64,000 nt of DNA, from the NCBI GenBank assembly GCA_036012755.1, contig DASCPX010000183.1, forward strand, positions 15,849 through 79,848. Direction: 5' to 3'. Shown here in pieces: positions 16,414 through 23,989 of this stretch. The DNA is from Myxococcota bacterium (lineage in GTDB: Bacteria; Myxococcota_A; UBA796; CAJQPC01). Position numbers and translations under genes: made by a program. Numbering within the stretch: position 1 is the first letter of the stretch; each line of letters starts with the position of its first letter. The notes under the pieces are model-generated. The model saw only the letters and a program-made list of their open reading frames with translations, was not told the DNA's origin and ran no database searches.

Positions 16414-16883
16414 TGCTCTGGCTCCTCACATCGCTCGCGCTCGCTGGCGCGCGCAGTCTGGACATGACCCTGCAGGTGGACGGGGTGGCGATCTCCGAAG
16501 GCAGCTACGTGCTGCCGACCCAGCCCGAGAGCGTCGAGTTCGACGTCGAGGGAGCGCCGCACCTCGCCACCGCGACCTTCGAGAGCCGACACGACACGGT
16601 GCGTGTGCACATCCGCGTCGACGAGCTCAAGGGCAAGAAGCGCAAGCCCTCCGAGGTGACCGCGCTGGAGCTCACGCTCTACGAGGACTACCCCGGCGTC
16701 CTGGACCGCAGCGTCGAGGGCAGCGCCTACAAGCTCGAGGCGGTCTGGACCGACACCAACCCGAAGAAGACACGCCTCGAGGTGCCCCCGGTCCCGCCGG
16801 AGGCGCTCGAGGCCCCGCCCGCAGGGGAGACACCGGAGGCCCCGCCCGCAGGGGAGACACCGGCCGAGGAGCCAGCCGGCTGA
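16410..16883 (+). CDS. secreted hypothetical protein with Pro-rich repeat tail
   Basis: ATG 16410 overlaps the upstream TGA (ATGA). Short signal peptide MMLWLLTSLALAGA. The C-terminus carries EAPPAGETP twice. Confidence 0.6.
   Translation: MMLWLLTSLALAGARSLDMTLQVDGVAISEGSYVLPTQPESVEFDVEGAPHLATATFESRHDTVRVHIRVDELKGKKRKPSEVTALELTLYEDYPGVLDRSVEGSAYKLEAVWTDTNPKKTRLEVPPVPPEALEAPPAGETPEAPPAGETPAEEPAG
16809..16862. repeat. perfect 27-bp tandem duplication inside a CDS
   Basis: gaggccccgcccgcaggggagacaccg occurs twice back to back (16809-16835 and 16836-16862) and encodes EAPPAGETP x2. Confidence 0.9.
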
Positions 16884-16885
16884 CC

Positions 16886-18869
16886 GTGCTCCTCCTCGTC
16901 GCTGCTGCCCTGGCTCAGGAGCCCGAGGGCCAACCCATCGACGAGGTCGTCGAGCGCACCGCCACGGCCTTCGAGGAGTCGCGGGTCCTGCGGGTCGTCC
17001 CGGCGGTGCTCGATGAGCTGCAGGTCAAGGAGCTCGTGCCCATCCTGCGCGAGGTCGAGACCAGGGACGACAAGGACGTCCGGGACTACATCCTCCTGTC
17101 CCGGCTGTACAGGCACCTCGACGAGCCAGACCAGGCCGTCAGGGCGCTGTCGGAGGGAGGCCTTGAGCCTCGAACCCGACAACGCCCAGCTCCGCATCGA
17201 GTACGCCTACGCCCTGCTGGAGAAGGGGGAGCTGGAGGAGGCCCGCGCCAGCGCGCGTGAGGGCGTGCTGCTCGACGAGTCACAGATCCGCGTCGCCACC
17301 GTCTACGCCGCCGCGCTGGGGTGGCCCTGGCCCTTTCTCGGCGCCAGCCTCGGCTCGATCTGGATCGCCGGGCTGCTGGGCTGGCGACGTCACCGGGGCG
17401 TCTCGGCCTGGATCGGCCGCACGGATGGAATCGCCGGGAGTCGGCACATCCTCCCGGCCCTGGCTCTCTGCGTCAGCGTCTCGCTCGGGCTGCAGTTCCT
17501 CTTCACCGCCCACAAGGTGGCCTTCGTGCTGCTGTCGTCCTGGGCGATCCTCAGCGCGGCATGGCTCGTCTTCGATCCCTTCCGCGAGCCGCTCGGACGC
17601 GCGGCCCGGGCCGTCGGCGGCTCTCTCTCCCGGCTCGCCACGGGGCGCCTCGGGGCTCCGCTGTCACGGCTGCCCCCCGGGACCCAGGTGCTGTTGCTCC
17701 TGGCCAGCGCCTTCTTCCTCGTGTCGGTGGCGCCCTTCATCGAAAACGCGGATCTGCGGCTCGTCGCGATCTTCCTCGGCGGGATGCTGTTCTTCTCCAC
17801 CCTCGGCGGGATCATCCTGCGCCTGCTCGGACGCTCCGCCAGCCTGCGCCGTAGCCTGCGATGGCTGGCTCTCGGCGGCACGCTGCCCTTCCTGGTCTTC
17901 TTCGTCTACGCCGAGCACGAGTCCATCCGCGTCTCCATCCAGTCAGCAGAGGCGCTCAGCAGCGCCGCGGCCGATCGCCTGGTCGGCTACCTCGTCGTCT
18001 GGGGCATCGGCGCGCTGCTCGCGCTGCTGCTCGCAGGCATCATCAGCCGCAGCATCCTCGACCCGGTGCGCAGCATCCTCAGCGCCGTCGAGGCGGTTCG
18101 GGCCGGCGACCTGGGGTCCCGCACACAGGTCGATCGTAGAGACGAGATCGGCACGCTGGCCGGTGCGGTCGACGAGATGGCGGCGGGACTGGCCGAGCGG
18201 CGCCGCATCGAGCAGACCTTCCGCCAGTACGTCGCCGGCGCGGTCGCCGAGCGCTTGATCGCCGGGGACACCCTGGTCTCGGAGCCTCGCCGTGTGCACG
18301 CGGTCGTGCTGTTCTGCGACGTGCGTGGCTTCACGGCGCTGTCCGAGAAGCTCGAGCCCGAAGACGTCGTCCGCCTCCTCAACGGGGTCTTCGGCCGCAT
18401 CGCCCCGGTGGTCCGCACCTGGGGTGGGGTCGTCGACAAGTTCCTCGGCGACGGCATGATGGCCGTCTGGGGCGTGCCCGAGCCTCTCCGCAAGGGGGCC
18501 CACGTGGGGGTCTCGGGCGAGGAGCTCGCTTCCCGCGCGGCGCTGCAGATGGTGGCCGAGGTGGAGGCGCTCGAGGCCGAGCTCTGACAGCGGGGGCTGC
18601 CCGCGATCTCGATCGGTGTCGGCGTCAACGCCGGCGAGGTCGTCGCCGGTCCCATCGGGAGCACCGAGCGCAAGGAGTACACGGTCATCGGCGACGCGGT
18701 GAACACGGCGCAGCGGGCCGAGTCCCAGGCCCGGGGCGAGGTCGTGCTCACCGAGGCGGTCATCGAGGTGCTCGGTGACCTCGTCGAGGTCGTGCCACGC
18801 GATCCTGTGGCGCTGAAGGGGAAGTCCGAGCCCGTCCTGCTCTACACCCTCACTCGCCTCCGCAGATAG
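16886..18869 (+). pseudogene. signal peptide-TPR-multi-TM-HAMP-class III adenylate cyclase gene, disrupted by a frameshift (~17155) and an in-frame TGA (18585-18587)
   Basis: Track ORFs 16886..17260 (frame 2) and 17013..18587 (frame 0) join inside one TPR motif. After TGA 18585 the same frame continues as [45 protein letters not shown]..., the second half of the cyclase catalytic domain, to TAG 18867-18869. A HAMP region (ILDPVRSILSAVEAVRAGDLG...DEIGTLAGAVDEMAAGL) is present. Confidence 0.65.
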
Positions 18870-19326
18870 CGGTCTCGGCGTCGCACTCGAAGAGCACGCC
18901 CAGGTCGCGGCAGGGGCCCGTGCCGCTGTCGAGGCAGTCGCCGACGGCGAGCGAGGTGATCGCGTGGCCGTGCCACCAGGCGCAGCGCTCCGCCGGGTCG
19001 TAGAGGACCTGGAGCTCAAAGGTCATCTCCGGGGGCACCTCGATGCAGAACACCCCGCCGACGTTGGCGGTGGTCTCGTTCAGCAGCGTGCAGTCCGTCG
19101 GGTCCCAGGCCCGGACCGCCGCGCTGGGGGCCCCCTGGTTGTCGTAGTCGCGCGCGACTCCGCTCACGCAGGCGTCGTTGGTGCGGCTGTCCTCGTCTTC
19201 GCTGTCCTCGTCTTCGCTGTCCGAGTCGTCCGTCGGCGAGCTGTCCACCGAGTCCTTCGGAGACGTGCAGGCCAGCAGGATCAGGAGCATGTGGACATCA
19301 TGGATCACCCACCCGGTGGATGGCAC
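18850..19326 (-). CDS. Cys-rich lipoprotein with acidic Ser/Asp/Glu linker
   Basis: Track ORF start is GTG 19326; the alternative ATG 19290 gives MLLILLAC. Lipobox LLAC, then [18 protein letters not shown], then a domain with 8 Cys. The 3' end overlaps the convergent cyclase 3' end by 20 nt. Confidence 0.6.
   Translation of the reverse strand: MPSTGWVIHDVHMLLILLACTSPKDSVDSSPTDDSDSEDEDSEDEDSRTNDACVSGVARDYDNQGAPSAAVRAWDPTDCTLLNETTANVGGVFCIEVPPEMTFELQVLYDPAERCAWWHGHAITSLAVGDCLDSGTGPCRDLGVLFECDAETAICGGE
19186..19230. repeat. 15-bp tandem repeat (2 perfect copies + 1 diverged) inside a CDS
   Basis: gctgtcctcgtcttc occurs at 19186-19200 and 19201-19215, followed by gctgtccgagtcgtc. On the minus strand it encodes the EDEDS repeats. 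Confidence 0.85.
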
Positions 19327-20521
19327 CGTGACCGAGGCTCTCCTTGGTTCCGGTGACCTCGACCAACGGGTCGAGCACGAAGACCGCGCCGCCCTCGCTC
19401 CTCACCGCCGAGCCGCGATGGCCAGCGATGCGTCCCCCCTCCACCGTCGCTCTGGCGGCGTCCTGGCCAAGCAGACCGCAGTCCATGCCCTCGACGATCG
19501 TGCAGTCCACCAGGCCCAGGCGGGCCTTGTCGCGGAGCAGCACGCCGTGGCTGGTCATCCTGGAGAGCGTGCACCCTTCTGCGCGCACCTCGGCGTTGTC
19601 GGAGATCTCGAGCGCTTGGAAGGCGCAGCGGTTGACCTCGAAGTCCACGAGCTCGGCGACCGCGTCGTCGTGCACCCAGATCCCACCGGAGTTGGAGCCC
19701 TCGAGCAGGCCTCGCTCGAGCTCGGGCCGGGCGTCTTCGGAGATCTCGATGGACGCCAGCGCCCCCCCCTCGACCTGGATCTCCAGGTAGGTCCCCTTGC
19801 TCTGGCCGTGCAGGAAGAGACCGCTGGCTCCGCTGTCGCGCACCAGGAAGCCGTCGATGGTCGGGTCCGCGTCGCCCGTCACCTCGAGGGCAGCCAGGCC
19901 GCAGTGCAGGGCCGCGCAGCCGTGCAGCCGGGGCTTCGCGTTGCCGTGGATGAAGAAGGCCCCCCGTCCCGCGGCAGCCACGGTCACGCCGACCAGGGTG
20001 GGGGCGGCGTCGGCTCCGACCTCGACCCCCGCCATCTGGCCGGCCGCGATCGCGCAGGCGCTGACGGTGCCGCGGGCCTCTCCCGTGAAGAAGAGCCCAG
20101 AGCCCGAAGCGGTGATCTTGAGGTCCTCTGCGATCGGCGCTGCTTTGTCCTGCACCGAGAGCCCGATGGCGCAGCGCTCGGCGCGAACCCTGTTGATGCG
20201 TGGGGTGACCTCCCACCCGCAGGCGATCGCCGTTCCGCCGACAGACAGCTCCAGGTCTTCCAGCGTCGGGCTGCCGGCCTTGACGACGATGCCGTGGTGG
20301 TCGTTCTCCACGCGAAGACCCGTGATGGTCGCGTCGGCCCTGATGGCCAGCACCACGGGCTCCTTGCCACGGAGCACGCCGCCCCTGATGGTCACGGCCT
20401 TGGTCACGATCGTCATCTCGACGATGTGGACGCCTTCGAGCTGCAGGACGTCGCCTTCGGCCGCGGCGGCCAGGCCAGCCTCGAGATTGGGCACATCGCC
20501 GGGTACGGTCCAGGTCTTCAT
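19298..20521 (-). CDS. right-handed parallel beta-helix repeat protein
   Basis: 407 aa. Roughly 22-25 residue periodic segments with G/A..V....A.P.L..C.I pattern (e.g. GIVVKAGSPTLEDLELS, GLFFTGEARGTVSACAI, GVEVGADAAPTLVGVTV). It follows the PilT-like gene by 7 nt. Confidence 0.75.
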   Translation of the reverse strand: MKTWTVPGDVPNLEAGLAAAAEGDVLQLEGVHIVEMTIVTKAVTIRGGVLRGKEPVVLAIRADATITGLRVENDHHGIVVKAGSPTLEDLELSVGGTAIACGWEVTPRINRVRAERCAIGLSVQDKAAPIAEDLKITASGSGLFFTGEARGTVSACAIAAGQMAGVEVGADAAPTLVGVTVAAAGRGAFFIHGNAKPRLHGCAALHCGLAALEVTGDADPTIDGFLVRDSGASGLFLHGQSKGTYLEIQVEGGALASIEISEDARPELERGLLEGSNSGGIWVHDDAVAELVDFEVNRCAFQALEISDNAEVRAEGCTLSRMTSHGVLLRDKARLGLVDCTIVEGMDCGLLGQDAARATVEGGRIAGHRGSAVRSEGGAVFVLDPLVEVTGTKESLGHGAIHRVGDP

Positions 20522-20528
20522 CGCGTCC

Positions 20529-21545
20529 TCAGGTGTCGGCGATGACGCGTGGGTCCCTCACCGATGCTCGGGCCGTCTCTAAGGTGATGATCTCGTCGCG
20601 CAACAAGCGACGGATCGTGTGATCCATGAGACTCATGCCCACGCGCCGCCCGATGGTCATCGCCTGCGGGATGGCCTCGAGCTCGTCGCTCCTGATCGCC
20701 TGGCGCACGGACTCCGTCGAAACCAGGAACTCGCTGGCCAGCACGCGTCCCCCATTCGCCCTCGGCAGGAGGCGTTGGGCATGGATGCCCAGCAGCGTGG
20801 TGGCAAGCTGACGGCAGGCGGCCGGACGGCGACCCTCCGACCAGGCGTCGAGCAGGCACCCGATCGTGTCCTGGACCGTCGCGAAGTGCAGCGTCACGAG
20901 CACGAGGTGGCCGGCCTCTGCTGCCATCATCGCCAGCTGCACGCTCTCCAGGTCGGGCAGATCGGAGAGCGCCAGGACGTCTGCGTCCATGCGCATGGCG
21001 AGCTCCAGTCCGCTGGCGATGTCGGGCACGTCCGGTCCCACCCCCAGGGGAACGACGACGCCGTGCTTGTGGGAGTGGATGCGCTCGACCGGATCCTCGA
21101 TGCAGACGACGGTGGACCGGGTGCGCTGGTTGAGCTGGTCGACGAGGGCGTGGAGCGTGGTCGTGGTCCCCGCCCCGGCGGTCCCGGTCAGGAGCAGGAG
21201 CCCCGAAGGTCTCTGGAGGAGCGCGACGAGGTGAGGGGAGAGGCTGAGCTCGTCTGGGGTCTGGGGTGGGGCGATCACCCGGACGCTCGCACCACTGCGA
21301 CCCTGGGCCGTGAACACCGTCACCCGGAACGTGCCGAGGCCCTCTACGGTGCGCCGAAAGGTCGAGCGGGTCTCGTCCTTGGCGATCTCGGCCACGAAGG
21401 CCGCTGTCTCGGTGGAGTGCAGCGCCGGCGCCCTGAGCAGCTTGATTCGCCCGTCGACGCGCACGGCGGGTGGCGCGCCAGCGTGAACGTGCAGATCGGA
21501 GGCTCCCAGCTTCACCGCCGTCCTGAGCAGCTTCAACACGTCCAT
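20529..21545 (-). CDS. PilT/PilU-family hexameric ATPase homologue with degenerate Walker A and B (probable pseudo-ATPase)
   Basis: Internal ATG 21545 gives the canonical PilT N-terminus MDVLKLLRTAVKLGASDLHVHAGAPPAVRVDGRI. Asp box CIEDPVE and His box GHLVLVTLH are present. Walker A is GTAGAGTT (no Lys) and Walker B is DVLALSDLPD (no GEMRD Glu). Confidence 0.8.
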   Translation of the reverse strand: MDVLKLLRTAVKLGASDLHVHAGAPPAVRVDGRIKLLRAPALHSTETAAFVAEIAKDETRSTFRRTVEGLGTFRVTVFTAQGRSGASVRVIAPPQTPDELSLSPHLVALLQRPSGLLLLTGTAGAGTTTTLHALVDQLNQRTRSTVVCIEDPVERIHSHKHGVVVPLGVGPDVPDIASGLELAMRMDADVLALSDLPDLESVQLAMMAAEAGHLVLVTLHFATVQDTIGCLLDAWSEGRRPAACRQLATTLLGIHAQRLLPRANGGRVLASEFLVSTESVRQAIRSDELEAIPQAMTIGRRVGMSLMDHTIRRLLRDEIITLETARASVRDPRVIADT

Positions 21546-21552
21546 CGAGCCG

Positions 21553-23691
21553 ATGCTATCTCGGCTGTGGCAGCCTGGGTGCATGTGGCTGCTCGTCGTC
21601 CTGTCCTGTCGCGAGAACATCGGCATCGCCGATGTCGGCTCGGGCGAGGGAGAGCCCTGCGAGGATCACGAGACCTGCGCCAGCGGGCTGGTCTGCGCCC
21701 ACGACGGAACCTGCCAGGTCGAAGACAGCCCAGGGACCTACGCCATCGGCGAGGAATGCCTCCACGCAGAGGAGTGCCAGCTGGGCCTGATCTGCGACTC
21801 CGACGGACAGTGCGCCGAGCCTGGCGCCGAGGGCACCGGACAGGCGGACGACGCCTGCGAGGACGACGGGGACTGCGCGCTGGGACTGGTCTGCTCGGAC
21901 GGGCTCTGCGAGGACCTCGGCGTGCCCTACTGGGAGGGCGTCACGTGCGAGGCGGACTCGGGCGACTTCCGCATCTACACCGAGGTCCCGAGCCTGCCCG
22001 AGGAAGACACCATCGAGTTCTACCGGATGCCCTTCGCCTCCGACGCGCGTGTCGACGGAGATGGCCACCTCGAGCTCTCCGGCCACAGCTCTCCTGGAGG
22101 CGCGGTCGACTCCTGGCTCGCGGCCGCCCTGCGACCCTCCGACCTGGGACTCACGCCCACGGTGTTGTTTCGAGCCAGCGGTCGCCTGGACACGGACAGC
22201 GTGCGTGGTCTCTCCGACGACGACACCCTGTCGATGGCCGACCTCGACCAGAGCTCAGAGGACTACGGCTTTCGAGGCAGCTTCACCTGGCGTGTGAGCC
22301 CGGGACGCGGCCGCTACCACTGCGAGAACTGGATCGGGGTCCAGACCTTCCCGGGTGTGCCGCTGGCCGCTGACGGCAGCTACGGCGTCTGGCTCACCAG
22401 CGGGGTCCAGAGCGCCACCGGCGAGTCGGCTTCCCGAGACGAGGATCTCGACGCGCTGCTCTCGGAGGAGACCCCCACCGACGCCCGCCTGCTCGTCGCG
22501 TGGAATGCGTGGTCCCCGCTCCGCGACTTCTTCTCTCGCAACGGGGTCGACCCCGACACGGTCGTCGGGGCGGCGGTGCTCAGCACTGGGAATCCCGCCG
22601 CTCGGGTCCGCTCCATCGAGGACCGGCTCGAGGGCGAGGCCGTCTCCTCGGACTTCCCCGAGCTGGTCGACTGCGCCTCCAGTCCTTGCGAAGGGGGCTG
22701 CGCAGACGACGTCACGGAGCTCCATGGGCAGCTCGCACTGCCGATCTTCCAGGACGAGGCCGGCGCCTGGGACTGGGACACCTTCGGAAACCCCTACCTG
22801 CGCGGCGAGGAGCTGGCCTGCGTCGCCATGACGACCCCTGGAGCTGGCGAGGACTGGCCTGTCGTCGTGGTCGTCCAGGACGAGGGCGCCGGCTTCCGGG
22901 ACTGGATCGACACGGGGCTGGCCAGGGAGCTGGCGGAGGCTGGCTTCGCGGCGATCAGCGTCGAGCTGCCCCACCACGGCACCCGCGGTCGAGGGGACGG
23001 CAGCCTCTACGACCTCGAGGATCCGGAGCGTTGGCTCGGCGATCGGCTCCAGCTGGTCGCGGACCTCGTCCAGCTCTCGCGAGTCCTGGAGGGGCGCGAA
23101 GTCCACGCCGTCGGTCATGGCGTCGGCGGTGAGATCGCGCTGGGCTGGGCATCGACCCGGCGGGACGTGTCCACGCTGGTCGTCGGCGGAGTTGGGGGCG
23201 GGCTCACGGACCGCCTGCTCGAGGTGGAGCGCGACGGGGTGCCCGTCCACTACAGGCTCCAGGTCATGCTCGCGGACTCCAAGCTCGGCAGCTACCACCC
23301 GATGCTGGCGCTGATGCAGTACGTGCAGGAGCGTGCCGATCCCCTCGTTTGGGCCGAGGACGTCTGGAAGAACCCCCCCACCGCGACCGAACCCAGCCAC
23401 GTGCTCCATCTCTACGGCGCCGAGGACGAGGTGGTCGGCGCCCCGGCTCAGCAAGCCCTGCAGCGGGCCCTCGGCCTCCCCACGCTGGAGCCGGTGTTGG
23501 TGGACTTCGAGCAGTCCACTGTTACCGGCTCCGCCTCGCGCAACCTGCTGAACGACCGCGGTGATCGCATCACCGGCGCGTCGGTGCAGCTCGACGCGGG
23601 CCACGACGCGATCTGGTCCGACGAAGGACGTGACTACGTCGTGCGCTTCCTGGCGTCCTCGCTCGAGGCGGACGAGCCGACGATCGAGTGA
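21553..23691 (+). CDS. lipoprotein with N-terminal Cys-rich repeats and C-terminal alpha/beta-hydrolase-like domain lacking the nucleophile Ser
   Basis: Signal peptide and lipobox MLSRLWQPGCMWLLVVLSC (alternative ATG 21583). Four C..(D/E).C..GL.C..DG.C repeats. The C-terminal fold has GHGVGG (23113-23130) where GHSxGG is expected. Confidence 0.7.
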   Translation: MLSRLWQPGCMWLLVVLSCRENIGIADVGSGEGEPCEDHETCASGLVCAHDGTCQVEDSPGTYAIGEECLHAEECQLGLICDSDGQCAEPGAEGTGQADDACEDDGDCALGLVCSDGLCEDLGVPYWEGVTCEADSGDFRIYTEVPSLPEEDTIEFYRMPFASDARVDGDGHLELSGHSSPGGAVDSWLAAALRPSDLGLTPTVLFRASGRLDTDSVRGLSDDDTLSMADLDQSSEDYGFRGSFTWRVSPGRGRYHCENWIGVQTFPGVPLAADGSYGVWLTSGVQSATGESASRDEDLDALLSEETPTDARLLVAWNAWSPLRDFFSRNGVDPDTVVGAAVLSTGNPAARVRSIEDRLEGEAVSSDFPELVDCASSPCEGGCADDVTELHGQLALPIFQDEAGAWDWDTFGNPYLRGEELACVAMTTPGAGEDWPVVVVVQDEGAGFRDWIDTGLARELAEAGFAAISVELPHHGTRGRGDGSLYDLEDPERWLGDRLQLVADLVQLSRVLEGREVHAVGHGVGGEIALGWASTRRDVSTLVVGGVGGGLTDRLLEVERDGVPVHYRLQVMLADSKLGSYHPMLALMQYVQERADPLVWAEDVWKNPPTATEPSHVLHLYGAEDEVVGAPAQQALQRALGLPTLEPVLVDFEQSTVTGSASRNLLNDRGDRITGASVQLDAGHDAIWSDEGRDYVVRFLASSLEADEPTIE

Positions 23692-23692
23692 G

Positions 23693-23989
23693 TCACTGCC
23701 CGAGCTTGGGCGGCGGTGTCAGGCCGATGCCCCCACCCGCGCCGGGCCCGCCGAGCTGAGGGGGTCCTCCACCCAGGGTAGGCGCTCCGGTGGTCCCGCC
23801 GAGCTGTGGTGGGGTACCCAGGGTCGGGGCTCCGGTCGAGGTCGTCGCGGGTGGGACCTCGTCGGGCACCTCGGGTGCCACCTCCGTGACCTCCTCGAGC
23901 ACGATCTCCTCTTCCTCGACCGGTGGGGGCGTCGGCTCGGGTGTCGCCTCTTCGGAACAGGCGAGGATCGCAGCAAAAAGCAGGCTCAT
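23693..23989 (-). CDS. small Pro/Gly-rich lipoprotein
   Basis: ATG 23989-23987 has AAGGAG 7 nt upstream and overlaps the upstream TGA by 1 nt (TGATG). MSLLFAAILAC lipobox. Internal GAPTLG.PPQLGG repeat. The track start at 24010 is an alternative. Confidence 0.55.
   Translation of the reverse strand: MSLLFAAILACSEEATPEPTPPPVEEEEIVLEEVTEVAPEVPDEVPPATTSTGAPTLGTPPQLGGTTGAPTLGGGPPQLGGPGAGGGIGLTPPPKLGQ

Noticed and set aside
16886-17260. Treating 16886..17260 and a TTG-17163 ORF as two genuine overlapping genes instead of one frameshifted gene.
   Set aside because: The frame switch falls inside a single TPR motif that becomes seamless after removing one G. The 3' 100 nt of the first ORF translate to Arg/Pro/Gly noise. 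This still needs read-level confirmation.
18585-18640. Selenocysteine insertion at the in-frame TGA of the cyclase, given that a small hairpin follows the codon.
   Set aside because: The position lies in a surface or linker part of the cyclase fold, with no redox role and no expected Cys homologue. The hairpin is only 5 bp and does not resemble a SECIS element in size or spacing. A frameshift in the same gene makes decay more parsimonious. It is kept only as a remote alternative.
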